Source: Candidatus Kaiserbacteria bacterium (lineage in GTDB: Bacteria; Patescibacteriota; Minisyncoccia; Phycocordibacterales; UBA2100). From it: a stretch of DNA of 64,000 bases. Positions 8,977 to 19,293 of the stretch are shown piece by piece; position 1 is the stretch's first letter; every line of letters begins with the position of its first letter. A model generated the notes under the pieces. It did not search any database and was not told the DNA's origin. It saw only the letters and a program-made list of their open reading frames with translations. The translations under genes and the position numbers were made by a program. The DNA lies in the NCBI GenBank assembly GCA_016867375.1, contig VGJQ01000002.1, positions 368 through 64,367 of the forward strand. Reading direction: 5' to 3'.

Positions 8977-11166
8977 ATGTCGTCCGACCAGAAAAACGAC
9001 GATCGCCGGATCACCTATTTCGCCGCCACGCACACGCGCGGCAAGCGAGAGATGTTTGGTATCCGTGCGATTGATCGCGGCAAGCACATGTACGTGATCG
9101 GCAAGACGGGTATGGGCAAATCGACCATGCTCGAAAACATGGCGATCCAAGACATCCAAAATGGCGAAGGGATTGCCTATATCGACCCACATGGTTCGAC
9201 GGCCGACAAGCTTCTCGATTTCGTCCCATACGATCGCATCAAAGATGTCGTCTACTTCGCGCCGTTTGACGTCGATCATCCGCTCGGATTCAACGTGATG
9301 GAAGACGTCGGCTACGACAAGCGGCATCTCGTGGTTTCCGGCCTCATGGGGGCACTCAAGCGCATCTGGGTCGATGCGTGGAGTGCGCGCATGGAATACA
9401 TCCTGCAGAATACGCTCCTGGCGCTTCTCGAATACCCCGGCTCCAATCTTCTCGACGTCAATCGCATGCTTACCAACAAAACGTTCCGTACCGTAGTGGT
9501 CGAGAAGATCACCGACCCGATCGTGCGTGCATTTTGGACGGAAGAGTTTGCCAACTTCACCGACACCTATACGCGCGAGGCGACGCCAGCTATTCAAAAC
9601 AAAATCGGCCAGTTCACCGCTAATCCGCTCATACGCAACATCGTCGGCCAGTCGCACTCATCGTTTGATCTGCGCAAGATCATGGATGAGAAAAAGATAT
9701 TCATCGTAAATCTCTCAAAAGGCCGCATGGGCGAATCCAATGCATCGCTCTTGGGCTCGATGCTCACAGTCAAGATCTATCTCGCGGCGATGAGCCGCGC
9801 CGACGAGCCGCCCGCGCGCATGGCGCGGCTGCCGCGCTGTTATTTCTACGTGGACGAATTCCAGTCGATGATGAACGAAGCCTTCGCCGACATCCTCTCC
9901 GAATCGCGCAAATACAAGCTCGCGCTCACGCTCGCCAATCAGTACATCGAACAGATGGAAGAAAATGTCCGCGACGCCGTCTTCGGCAACGTCGGCACCT
10001 TGATCACATTTCGCGTGGGGCCGTTTGACGCCGAGACCCTAAAGACGGTATTTGAGCCGACCTTTACCGCCGAAGATTTGGTGGGCCTCGGTATCGGCGA
10101 AATATACCTCACACTCATGATCGACGGTGTGGGATCGGCGCCGTTTTCTGCGCAGACGATCCCGCCGATCGAAGCGCCCAACATCTCGTACCGCGAAGAT
10201 GTGATCACCCATTCACGCGAACACTACGGACGTCCGCGGCCCGAAGTCGAAAAAGCGATCACTGAGCGCCAGCGCGAGTTCATCCCGCCGCCACCCGAGC
10301 CCAAGAAAAAGCGCGAGTACGGCCGGCCAGGCGGTGGAAGCGGCATGATGGGCGGTGGCGGTGGCGGCGGAGGAGGCCCGTTTGGGCAGCCGCGCTCCAA
10401 CAATTTCAACAATACGCATACGCAGCAACAGGGCGGCCATGGTGCACCAGTGCGCGATGGCGGAGGATTTGCACCGCGTCCATCGATTCTCCCGCCACAT
10501 GTCGCGGCACAGGTACAGACACAGACACAGACACAGACGCAAGCCGAACCTTCTGCGCGAGAGAGTGTACAACAAACATCGTCCCCGTCTCCTGCGCGAG
10601 AGCATGTGCCACCGCTGGTACACGCGCGTACGTCGTCGCCTGTCGCTCCTGTGCGCCCGTACGCCGAGCAGTCGCGCGGACACTTCGTCCCTGCTGCGCG
10701 CAAAGACCCGAGCGATCCGCGCGATGCGCTTCGTGCTGCAATCAGTACCGCACGGAAAGCCGAAGAAGAGCATAACCGCCCAAAACCTGCCGAACGTTCT
10801 CCTCTCGACATCTTGCATGAGCGGAAGAAGACGCATGACACTCCCTCAAAGCATGAGGTTCCCCCAAAGCCTGAACGCGACGAGCGCCGATTTTCCCATG
10901 ATGTACGCGATAATCGCCCGTATCAGCATACGAATGATCAGCCGCCACGCGCGCATTATGCGAATGTACCGAAACCTTCGTATGGAGAGAGGGCCGACAG
11001 TGCTGGCATGGCGACGCCTACACACTCACAGGGATCATCTCCCGGCCCACGTCCGCAAGCGCGCCAAGAGACACCTCAAAAAGACTATAGTGATGGCACG
11101 GGTGAGATATCTCATGAGGTGCTCAGGAGTGTACTACGGCAGGATGATCGTGAGGGAGGGATGTGA
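8977..11166 (+). CDS. VirD4/TraD/HerA-like P-loop ATPase with low-complexity C-terminus
   Basis: HMYVIGKTGMGKS, IDPHG, YVDEFQ, ESRKY and NQYIEQ motifs; G/P/Q-rich tail. Confidence 0.85.
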   Translation: MSSDQKNDDRRITYFAATHTRGKREMFGIRAIDRGKHMYVIGKTGMGKSTMLENMAIQDIQNGEGIAYIDPHGSTADKLLDFVPYDRIKDVVYFAPFDVDHPLGFNVMEDVGYDKRHLVVSGLMGALKRIWVDAWSARMEYILQNTLLALLEYPGSNLLDVNRMLTNKTFRTVVVEKITDPIVRAFWTEEFANFTDTYTREATPAIQNKIGQFTANPLIRNIVGQSHSSFDLRKIMDEKKIFIVNLSKGRMGESNASLLGSMLTVKIYLAAMSRADEPPARMARLPRCYFYVDEFQSMMNEAFADILSESRKYKLALTLANQYIEQMEENVRDAVFGNVGTLITFRVGPFDAETLKTVFEPTFTAEDLVGLGIGEIYLTLMIDGVGSAPFSAQTIPPIEAPNISYREDVITHSREHYGRPRPEVEKAITERQREFIPPPPEPKKKREYGRPGGGSGMMGGGGGGGGGPFGQPRSNNFNNTHTQQQGGHGAPVRDGGGFAPRPSILPPHVAAQVQTQTQTQTQAEPSARESVQQTSSPSPAREHVPPLVHARTSSPVAPVRPYAEQSRGHFVPAARKDPSDPRDALRAAISTARKAEEEHNRPKPAERSPLDILHERKKTHDTPSKHEVPPKPERDERRFSHDVRDNRPYQHTNDQPPRAHYANVPKPSYGERADSAGMATPTHSQGSSPGPRPQARQETPQKDYSDGTGEISHEVLRSVLRQDDREGGM

Positions 11167-11222
11167 GAGGGTGCGGCGCGGGCGCATTGATGCGCCCGCG
11201 CCGCATATGCTATGGTAGCCTC

Positions 11223-11924
11223 ATGACACGGGGTCTCATACTCACCATACTGGGGTGTTTCTTGCCGCTTATGGTATCGGCGCAGATCACCATCACCGAT
11301 ATCGTCTATGATCCGCCGGGTGCTGATACGGGGCGCGAATGGGTCGGTATCACCAATACGGGTACCTCGTCGGTACGCGTGTCCGATTTCAAAGTGCGTA
11401 CTCGCAGCGGTGTCAATCACAAGATCACGCCTTTGTCGGGAGTCGACACGATCGCTCCCGGCGAGCGTGCGGCGATCGTCCAGGATGCGACGCTTTTTTC
11501 CGCAGACAACGCCTCTTTCTCGGGGACACTCTTTCGTGCGTCGTTTACGCTCACCAACAAAGGCGGCACAGTCGAGATCGCAGACAAGACAGGCGCTATC
11601 GTCGCGACCAAATCATATCAGGTGCCGCCTCCTGCGCCGCGCCCGACAGCGCAAAAATCTGCGCGGCCGAAAGCGGCTGCGCAGACGATAGAAGAGATAT
11701 CGACCGCTCTTCCAGCAGACGAAAATGAGGAGACGCGAGAAAGAAAGCTACACGAAAAACCTCAATCTGCGGCGTTTACGGCGAGTGCGGTTTCCGCATC
11801 ATCGACCGTGCTATGGCTTGCCGCTGTCGTGGCGATCGCAGGATTCGCATTTCTCGCCGTGTTTGCCGCGCGCCGCGTGGCAAAAGGGGAGTGGGAGATC
11901 GTAGAAGAAAAAGAAGGGGATTGA
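11223..11924 (+). CDS. lamin tail domain-containing secreted, membrane-anchored protein
   Basis: Signal peptide, ITDIVYDPPGADTGREWV..N motif, LTNKG, C-terminal TM. Confidence 0.75.
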   Translation: MTRGLILTILGCFLPLMVSAQITITDIVYDPPGADTGREWVGITNTGTSSVRVSDFKVRTRSGVNHKITPLSGVDTIAPGERAAIVQDATLFSADNASFSGTLFRASFTLTNKGGTVEIADKTGAIVATKSYQVPPPAPRPTAQKSARPKAAAQTIEEISTALPADENEETRERKLHEKPQSAAFTASAVSASSTVLWLAAVVAIAGFAFLAVFAARRVAKGEWEIVEEKEGD

Positions 11925-11978
11925 TGTATGTAAGAGCTGTGCACACCACGGGGTCTTTGCGGCATATATAATGTACCT

Positions 11979-13532
11979 ATGCACTCAGGAGAAGACTCGC
12001 GGCCAATTGTCGAGCAGCTGCGCGCAGAGGGGATGGACGATACGGTCATTCGGGCGCGTATGGAGCTTGAAGGATGGGATGAAGCAGATATCAAAGCTGC
12101 CTTTCAAGCGCTGCCCACGCCAGATCATCACGCGGCAAAGACATCGACACATCACCATCGGCGGACCAGGCGTCGCCGACACACTGTGACAGCTGCCATC
12201 GCCGCGATCGCGTTTTTCGGCGTCGGCATGTTTGGCGGTTTTACCTTCCATACGCCGCCGGTCTACTCGATATCCCTTCCACCGCTTTCAGGAGCGACGT
12301 CCACGGTACCCGAGCTTACCTATGGCGCTTTACCTGCGCTCGTCGATCCTGAATACTATGCAGACGTGAAAAATGCGCTCATCGTCGGACGCGCCGATTT
12401 CATCACTGCCGATCTGACCCACATGCAGCTGGATGTCTACCAGGCGGGGCTGGTCGCGCATACGGCGCCGATCATCGCCAAAGGCAAAGTCGGTTCGTGG
12501 TGGGAGACGCCGGTCGGGATTTACAAGATCGAGACGAAAGAAAAAGATCACTACTCGACCTTTAGTAAAGTGCATATGCCATGGAGCATGCAATTCCAAG
12601 GCAATTTCTTCATCCATGGCTTGCCTTATTACAGCGATGGGACGCCAGTCTCATCATCGTACTCGGGAGGCTGTATCCGTCTTTCGACTGAAGACACCGA
12701 AGAGGTCTTTCATCTCGCGTATGTCGGGATGCCGGTCATCGTCTACAAAGAATCCGATGAAGTGTCTACCTTCTCGTATCGATTCAGGACGCCACGCGTG
12801 GCTGCGACCGAATACCTCGTCGCCGATGTCAACAATGGCTCAGTGCTTGCGAGCAAAAATGCGAGCTCACTGGTGCCGATCGCTTCGATCACGAAGCTTG
12901 TCACCGCACTTACGGCGACCGAATACATAAACCTCGATCGTGATGTCATGGTGCAGTCGAACGCGCTCGTGTACACGGCGAATCCACGATTGCGCCCCGG
13001 GGACCATAAGCGCGCATACGATCTGCTCTATTTGTTGCTGCAAGAATCATCCAACGAAGCCGCTGAAGTGATCGCTTCGGTGATGGGGCGCGATGAGTTT
13101 GTCGCTTTCATGAACGCAAAAGCGCGTGCGATCGGGCTCACACGCACGACATTCGCCGATCCTTCCGGTGCCAAGAGCGACATGTCGACTCCGGAAGACC
13201 TCTTTACGCTCCTGCGCTACGTTCATGCCAATCGGCGCTTCGTCTTTGGCATTACCGCAGGGACGCTCAAAGATAGCGCATACGGGAATCATTCGTTTGC
13301 AAACATTTCCAACTACAACATCATCAAGAGTCTCCCCGCGTCATACACCTTTGTCGGCGGGAAGGTCGGCCAGACCAATGAGGCGGGAGAGACGTACGCA
13401 GGCGTCTTCTCGGTGCCTATCGGAGGTGTGAGACGCGACATTGCGGTGGTCGTGCTCGGCTCGACCGACGCTTCCAGCGATGTCGTGTCGCTTCTGAAAT
13501 TTGTCTCCTCATCATACGCAGCGGATCAGTAG
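11979..13532 (+). CDS. L,D-transpeptidase (YkuD) fused to D-Ala-D-Ala carboxypeptidase (peptidase S11)
   Basis: TPVG, FIHG...SGGCIRL (LDT); ASITK (SxxK), SSN (SxN), KVG (KTG-like). Confidence 0.82.
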   Translation: MHSGEDSRPIVEQLRAEGMDDTVIRARMELEGWDEADIKAAFQALPTPDHHAAKTSTHHHRRTRRRRHTVTAAIAAIAFFGVGMFGGFTFHTPPVYSISLPPLSGATSTVPELTYGALPALVDPEYYADVKNALIVGRADFITADLTHMQLDVYQAGLVAHTAPIIAKGKVGSWWETPVGIYKIETKEKDHYSTFSKVHMPWSMQFQGNFFIHGLPYYSDGTPVSSSYSGGCIRLSTEDTEEVFHLAYVGMPVIVYKESDEVSTFSYRFRTPRVAATEYLVADVNNGSVLASKNASSLVPIASITKLVTALTATEYINLDRDVMVQSNALVYTANPRLRPGDHKRAYDLLYLLLQESSNEAAEVIASVMGRDEFVAFMNAKARAIGLTRTTFADPSGAKSDMSTPEDLFTLLRYVHANRRFVFGITAGTLKDSAYGNHSFANISNYNIIKSLPASYTFVGGKVGQTNEAGETYAGVFSVPIGGVRRDIAVVVLGSTDASSDVVSLLKFVSSSYAADQ

Positions 13533-13615
13533 CATGCATGGACAGCCTATAACCCCTTGGGTACGAGGGTCTTTCAGATCGTACCTCTCAGACATACTCA
13601 AGTGTCCACAGCTAA

Positions 13616-13754
13616 GGGCTCGTCCACAAATAACGTACCCATTATTTGTGGACTACACTTATGGGCCCGTTCATTTGGTGTTGAACTTATAAGTGCACAC
13701 TTGCATACATGACCAAAAGTCATGTATGCAGAAGTGAGCCTTATGAACGGGACC
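13616..13754 (+). mobile_element. MITE family 1 with nested module C (13693-13740)
   Basis: TAA on both sides (13613-15, 13755-57). Confidence 0.85.
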
Positions 13755-13756
13755 TA

Positions 13757-13794
13757 ATATGCTATCTCTACGCTATAGCGCAGAGATAGCATAC
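13757..13794. repeat. 38-bp tripartite palindrome (solo copy)
   Basis: ATATGCTAT-N6-GCTATAGC-N6-ATAGCATA. Confidence 0.85.
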
Positions 13795-13850
13795 GTCATC
13801 AGCATACATATTCTCTTGCGCTGTCCTACCATATCCGCTACTCTGACACT

Positions 13851-14735
13851 ATGGCAGACAAAAAGACAGTCATTGTGACAGGTGGCGCAGGGCTCATCGG
13901 ACCCTATCTGATCGAGCTCTTGCTGCAGAAGGGGTACCGCGTCGTCTCACTCGACAATTACTTCATCGGTACTGAAGCCAACCATATCGAAGGTGCCGAA
14001 TACCACAAAGGCCACACCAAAGATATCGAAGCGATCCTTGGGCACGAGAATCCAGAGATTATCTTCCATCTTGCCGAGTATTCACGCATTAGGCAGAGCT
14101 TCGCTGAGCCCGCATTTGTCTGGGATCTCAATGTGGCAGGCACCTTTGCGGTGCTCGAATACTGGCGCAAGCGTAAGTGCCGCCTGCAATACGCTGCGTC
14201 GAGCACCAAATTCTCGATAGGTGATGTCGGTCGCGATGCCTCGCCCTATGCGTGGATGAAAGCGATCAATGCCGACCTCGTCACCAACTATGGCACATGG
14301 TACGACCTCCCGTATACGATCACCTACTTCTACAATAATTACGGCCGCCGCGAACTCTCGACGGGCGAGTATGCCTCCGTCATCGGCAATTTCAAAACAC
14401 ATTTTCTCAATGGCGAGCCGTTACCCGTGATCGCTCCCGGCACGCAGATGCGCAATTTCACCTTCGCCGGAGACACAGCGCGCGGACTCCTTGAGGCGGG
14501 TGAGCGAGGGCAGGGTGATGGGTATGGCTTTGCCAGCAAAGAATCATTCTCTATTCTTGAGCTCGCGAAGATGTTTGGCGACAATATCGAAATGCAGCCC
14601 GCAGTCCCCGGTGATCGCAAAGCGACGACCGTCGAGACCGAAAAGGCCGAAAAAGAATTCGGCTGGCATGCCGAACGCCACCTCAAAGACTATATAGAAG
14701 ACATCAAAGCCGGCCGCGATTTATCGCGGTGGTAA
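13851..14735 (+). CDS. NAD-dependent epimerase/dehydratase (extended SDR)
   Basis: VTGGAGLIG, SPYAWMK (YxxxK), GTQMRNF. Confidence 0.88.
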   Translation: MADKKTVIVTGGAGLIGPYLIELLLQKGYRVVSLDNYFIGTEANHIEGAEYHKGHTKDIEAILGHENPEIIFHLAEYSRIRQSFAEPAFVWDLNVAGTFAVLEYWRKRKCRLQYAASSTKFSIGDVGRDASPYAWMKAINADLVTNYGTWYDLPYTITYFYNNYGRRELSTGEYASVIGNFKTHFLNGEPLPVIAPGTQMRNFTFAGDTARGLLEAGERGQGDGYGFASKESFSILELAKMFGDNIEMQPAVPGDRKATTVETEKAEKEFGWHAERHLKDYIEDIKAGRDLSRW

Positions 14736-14833
14736 TCTCTCGAAAGGAGTGTGTACATTAACATCTAAAAGCGCCGCGGGAGCAAAACCCGCGGCGCTTG
14801 CAAAATACAGAATTTCTGTAATACTGTATTTTT

Positions 14834-15100
14834 ATGAGCACAACGATCAAGGTACAAGAGCGTGGGGTCATTACTTTGCCGAAGCGTTTGCGGGACAAAG
14901 TAGGCATCACGCCCGGTGCAATGTTCGACGTCGAAGAACACGGCGGTACTATTGTCATGAAGCCCGTCTCGCATATTGCACCCGAGATATTACAGGATCT
15001 CAAAAGCGCACTAGAGGATTTGCGCGCAGGAAATTTTATCACATTTTCAACAATTGAAGAGTTCCATAAGAAGCGCCAGGCTAAATGGGGTAAAAAGTAG
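14834..15100 (+). CDS. AbrB/MazE-family antitoxin
   Basis: RGVITLPK.LR..GI.PG AbrB pattern; lies upstream of a toxin. Confidence 0.8.
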   Translation: MSTTIKVQERGVITLPKRLRDKVGITPGAMFDVEEHGGTIVMKPVSHIAPEILQDLKSALEDLRAGNFITFSTIEEFHKKRQAKWGKK

Positions 15101-15105
15101 GGGAT

Positions 15106-15351
15106 ATGCGGATTGGTTTCTCCAAAACTGCCAATGATGATTATAAAAGTCTTTCACCAGCTTTGCGTAAGGCGGCAGATAAACAATTTGTCTATCTCGC
15201 TAAAGATATTCGCCACCCGTCGCTCCATGCGAAGAAATATGATGAGTCGATGGGTATCTGGCAGGCGCGCATCAGTCAATCGTGGCGTTTCTATTTTCTC
15301 ATTCATCGCGACCTGTATTATATAATCAGCATACGGAATCATCCGAAATGA
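15106..15351 (+). CDS. RelE/ParE-superfamily toxin
   Basis: HPSLHAKK, WQARI..WRFYF, terminal HPK. Confidence 0.75.
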   Translation: MRIGFSKTANDDYKSLSPALRKAADKQFVYLAKDIRHPSLHAKKYDESMGIWQARISQSWRFYFLIHRDLYYIISIRNHPK

Positions 15352-15456
15352 CCATAAAAGGCCCATGTTTCGCAATGGAGAATAAAATCACTTCGGTGCC
15401 GCGGGAGCAAAACCCGCGGCACTTTTCTTTTTACCCGCCTTTGCTAGGATAGGGAC

Positions 15457-15834
15457 ATGAAAAAGCAAGGAGATGGTTTTGACCGGATTGAAAAGAAGAT
15501 TGATGCACTTATCGAGTTTTCTGTGTTCGTTAAGAAAAAACTCACAGCGCATGACAAGCGATTTGATTCACACGACAACCAGTTCGAGAAAGTAGTTGAA
15601 ATTATTGAACGTGATTTTGGTGCCGTTGCAGAAGATATTTCGGGACTCGCAACCATAGAGCATGCAATAGTAATTGGTTCGCAGGTGGCAGGTATCGAAC
15701 GCGAACTGCGCGACATCAAACGTGATCTCGTATGTATGGCTGATTCGACGCACAAACACGACAAAGACTTGGCAGAAGCGTTCCGGCGCATTGCAAAATT
15801 GGAGAAACGTCTCGACGCCTTCGCCGGCAAATAG
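15457..15834 (+). CDS. coiled-coil hypothetical protein
   Basis: Heptad-rich 125-aa ORF with AGGGA RBS. Confidence 0.65.
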   Translation: MKKQGDGFDRIEKKIDALIEFSVFVKKKLTAHDKRFDSHDNQFEKVVEIIERDFGAVAEDISGLATIEHAIVIGSQVAGIERELRDIKRDLVCMADSTHKHDKDLAEAFRRIAKLEKRLDAFAGK

Positions 15835-15839
15835 TAGGC

Positions 15840-17063
15840 ATGAAACGCATTCTTATTTTTTCGCTCACGTATCATCCTTACATCGGCGGAGCGGAGGTGG
15901 CGATCAAGGAGATCACGGATCGGATCGATTCGTCCCGCTATCAGTTTGATATGATCACCTTGCGTTTCGACCGCAATCTGCCGGCGGTCGAGCGTGTGGG
16001 AAATGTTACCGTGCATCGCATCGGCTTCACTGCCGATGCACCCAAGATTTCCGACCGCCGCATGCCCCTGCAATGCAAGATCGCCAAGATTCTTTTCCCA
16101 TTCACGTCGTTTGTGAAAGCGGTATCGCTTCATCGGGAGCATGCATACGACATGATCTGGGCGATGATGGCCAATTATGCTGCGTTCGGCGCGCTCGCTT
16201 TCAAATACACACATCCACGCGTGCCGTATCTGCTTGAGCTGCAGGATGGCAATTCGCTCGCGCAGGTCAAAGAGCGTCAACCGGTCCTGCGCCTTCTGTG
16301 GCCGCTCTACCGTCGGCTCTACCTGAAGGCCGATGTGATCAAAGCGATCTCACGATTCATCGAGCGGCTCACGCGCGAGGTGGGCTACGCGGGCCCGGTC
16401 GTCGTCATCCCGAATGCGGTGGATACAACGAAGTTTTCCGCACCCGTCCCGCAGGAAAAGCTCGACGAACTGAAAAATCGTTTCGATAAAAAGAAAGGCG
16501 ACACCTTTCTTTTTACTGCATCGCGCCTCGTGCTCTCGCGCGGTGTCGAGGATGTGATACGCGCCTTGCCGCATCTGCCCGTGTATGTGAAGTTTCTCAT
16601 TGCCGGTGATGGACAAGATCGGGAGAAGCTCGAGTCGATCGCGCGCGAGGCGGGCGTGTACGACCGTGTGATATTTGCCGGACATGTCGGACACGACGAG
16701 CTGCCCGCGTATTTCAAAGTGTCGGATATCTTTGTACGTCCGTCGATCATCGAAGGATTTGGCAATGCGTTCGTCGAGGCGTTTGCCGCCGGCATCCCCG
16801 TGGTGGCGACAGAGGTGGGCGGTATCCCGGATTTCCTTTTCGATCCGATCGAAAATCCTGATCACGCGCCGACGGGGATTTTTTGCAAAGTGCGCGATCC
16901 CGAATCGGTCGCGAGTGCGGTACGCCGGTATCTCGATGATCCGGCTCTTGCGCAGCAGATGGTCACAAACGCGCGCGCGCTTGCGATCGAGAAATACGAC
17001 TGGCATACGATTGCAGCGGATATGGAACGGGAGGTATTTGGACCGTTTGGGTCCCGTTCATAA
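15840..17063 (+). CDS. GT4-family glycosyltransferase
   Basis: GGAE, IPNAVD, EGFGNAFVEAFAAG..V.T.VGG; the last codons and stop come from a MITE end (GGTCCCGTTCATAA). Confidence 0.9.
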   Translation: MKRILIFSLTYHPYIGGAEVAIKEITDRIDSSRYQFDMITLRFDRNLPAVERVGNVTVHRIGFTADAPKISDRRMPLQCKIAKILFPFTSFVKAVSLHREHAYDMIWAMMANYAAFGALAFKYTHPRVPYLLELQDGNSLAQVKERQPVLRLLWPLYRRLYLKADVIKAISRFIERLTREVGYAGPVVVIPNAVDTTKFSAPVPQEKLDELKNRFDKKKGDTFLFTASRLVLSRGVEDVIRALPHLPVYVKFLIAGDGQDREKLESIAREAGVYDRVIFAGHVGHDELPAYFKVSDIFVRPSIIEGFGNAFVEAFAAGIPVVATEVGGIPDFLFDPIENPDHAPTGIFCKVRDPESVASAVRRYLDDPALAQQMVTNARALAIEKYDWHTIAADMEREVFGPFGSRS

Positions 17064-17126
17064 TCATTGCCTCTTTCTCACTTTATGATTTAATGACGCC
17101 CAGAAGCAGAAGCATGGGAGGTTGGC

Positions 17127-17258
17127 ATGATGTACATTCTCGGTGTGGTTGCGTTTCTTTTGATCGCGTGCTTCCTCTATCCCGTCACCTATGAGTGGTT
17201 TGGTGAGCGGGAGTCGGATCGTCGGACGGGGGCGTCGTGGCGGAAGAATCTGGAGTGA
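17127..17258 (+). CDS. 43-aa single-TM small protein (below ORF-track cutoff)
   Basis: GGGAGG RBS; MMYILGVVAFLLIACFLYPV...; followed by a terminator at about 17273-17304. Confidence 0.55.
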   Translation: MMYILGVVAFLLIACFLYPVTYEWFGERESDRRTGASWRKNLE

Positions 17259-17343
17259 TCTTGGTCTCTAATGCGGCCGGTCATATGACCGGCCGCCCCT
17301 TTTTCCTAGAAAATGATAAAATGGCAGGGTCAGTGATTCCGAT

Positions 17344-18621
17344 ATGAATCCCTTCAAACATCCGCGCTTGGTCAAACGCTACTGGCAGATGCTCGGTCCG
17401 GGGCTCGTGACAGGTGCCGCAGATGATGATCCGTCGGGTGTCGCTACCTATTCGCAGGCGGGTGCTTTGTATGGATTGCAGCTGATCTGGATGTCGGTGT
17501 ACACATTACCGCTGATGATCGCGATCCAAGAGATGTGCGCGCGTATCGGCATGGTGAGCGGGCGGGGTCTGGCCGAAAATATCCGCCGCGAGTACCCGCG
17601 CTGGGCCCTCTATCTATGCGTCGTGCTCCTGCTCGGAGCCAACACGTTTAACATCGGAGCCGATTTGGGAGCGATGGCGGCGAGTGTGCAGCTTCTCTGG
17701 CCGGCAGCTGATTTTGCCGTAGTCGTGTTCGCGTTTGCTATTTGTAGTCTCTTGCTGCAAATTTTCACGCCCTATCGAATCTATGCACGCTACCTCAAAT
17801 ACCTGGCACTTGTACTTCTTTCGTACGTAGCGACAGGTCTTATCGTCAACCTGGAATGGGGGAATGTGCTTCTGCATGCCATTGTCCCCTCGCTGGATTT
17901 TTCCCGCGAAAGCTTTTTCATTGTGTGTGCGGTCCTCGGCACGACGATCTCGCCCTACCTTTTCTTTTGGCAGACATCACAAGAGGTAGAGGAAGAGATA
18001 CAGAGTGGGAGCACCACGATCCGTGCGCGCGCAGGAGCCACCGATGCAGATATCCGCGATATGCGCATCGATGTCTCGTCGGGAATGATCATTTCAAATA
18101 TCGTGATGTTCTTTATCATTGCCGTCTGCGCCGAGACGCTCTTTGCGCACGGGATCGATGGTATCGAGACGGCAGCTGATGCCGCTGCAGCGCTGGTGCC
18201 ACTTGTCGGTGAGTGGGCGTCGGCTTTCTTTGCGCTCGGTATCATTGGGACGGGCATGCTATCGATCCCCGTGTTTGCCGGGGCCAACGGCTATGCGCTC
18301 GCCGAGACATTTCACTGGCACGAAGGCCTCTATCGCAGATTTCGTTCGGCGCTCGGATTTTATCTCACGATTGCGGCGTCTATGATCGTCGCGCTCGGAC
18401 TCAATTTCATCGGCATCGATCCGATCAAGGCACTCATTTATTCGGCAGTAGCCAACGGCATCGTCGCTCCCGTGGTGCTCTTCTTCATCGTGCGATTGAG
18501 TGACGACCCCAAGATCATGGGTGATCGGGTCAATGGCCCGCTCATCCGCATGCTCGGATGGCTCACCTTCTTTGCCATGACTTTGTCGGGTATTGCGGTG
18601 ATCCTGAGTTTCTTCATATAA
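17344..18621 (+). CDS. NRAMP/MntH-family divalent metal transporter
   Basis: GPGLVTGAADDDPSG and GTTISPYLFFWQ motifs; about 11 TM. Confidence 0.88.
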   Translation: MNPFKHPRLVKRYWQMLGPGLVTGAADDDPSGVATYSQAGALYGLQLIWMSVYTLPLMIAIQEMCARIGMVSGRGLAENIRREYPRWALYLCVVLLLGANTFNIGADLGAMAASVQLLWPAADFAVVVFAFAICSLLLQIFTPYRIYARYLKYLALVLLSYVATGLIVNLEWGNVLLHAIVPSLDFSRESFFIVCAVLGTTISPYLFFWQTSQEVEEEIQSGSTTIRARAGATDADIRDMRIDVSSGMIISNIVMFFIIAVCAETLFAHGIDGIETAADAAAALVPLVGEWASAFFALGIIGTGMLSIPVFAGANGYALAETFHWHEGLYRRFRSALGFYLTIAASMIVALGLNFIGIDPIKALIYSAVANGIVAPVVLFFIVRLSDDPKIMGDRVNGPLIRMLGWLTFFAMTLSGIAVILSFFI

Positions 18622-18636
18622 TGATGCGATACCCGT

Positions 18637-19098
18637 ATGGAAACCAAATACGACAGCTCAATCGGAATCGTCCCCATCCATGAGGGCAAAGACAAAGTGT
18701 TTTCGTTTTGCTTGGTACATCACGCGACACGTCCTGATGGAAGTGGGGGGCACTGGGCATTTCCGAAGGGTCACATCGATGCAGGCGAATCCAAAGAAGC
18801 TGCCGCGCGGCGCGAGTTTTACGAGGAGACCGGCATGGTGACGTGTAAGATCGATCCCACGCGGACGTTTGTCGAACAGTATTCTTTCGAACGCGATGGC
18901 GTGAAGTATGAGAAAGAAGTTACATACTTCCTCGGATTTGTGGAGGCCAAAGGACCTGTCGCGCCGCGCGAGGCATTCAAGGGGGAGATCGTCGAGGCGC
19001 GCTGGGCCTCCTACTACGAAGCCAAAGAGCTCCTCTCGTATCCCGAGAGCATCAAGATCATGGACGAGGTGTGCGCGTACCTCAAGACGAGGCCTTAG
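18637..19098 (+). CDS. NUDIX hydrolase (Ap4A hydrolase-like)
   Basis: W.FPKGH...GES..AA.RE..EETG Nudix box. Confidence 0.88.
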   Translation: METKYDSSIGIVPIHEGKDKVFSFCLVHHATRPDGSGGHWAFPKGHIDAGESKEAAARREFYEETGMVTCKIDPTRTFVEQYSFERDGVKYEKEVTYFLGFVEAKGPVAPREAFKGEIVEARWASYYEAKELLSYPESIKIMDEVCAYLKTRP

Positions 19099-19233
19099 GT
19101 CCCGTTCATAAGGCTCACTTCTGCATACATGACTTTTGGTCATGTATGCAAGTGTGTACTTAGTTCAACACAAGATGAACGGGCCCATAAGTGTAGTCCA
19201 CAAATAACGAGTACGTTATTTGTGGACGAGCCC
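19098..19233 (-). mobile_element. MITE family 1 with nested module C (19112-19159)
   Basis: TTA on both sides; inserted at the NUDIX stop codon. Confidence 0.85.
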
Positions 19234-19293
19234 TTAAAAAATACAAAACAATATGGTATTATCCCAGCACCCTCAATGATCGAGGGTGTGTAA

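Noticed and set aside
10515-10538. (ACAGAC)n microsatellite
   Set aside because: In-frame QT repeat in a disordered tail; a hexamer unit cannot cause frameshift phase variation.
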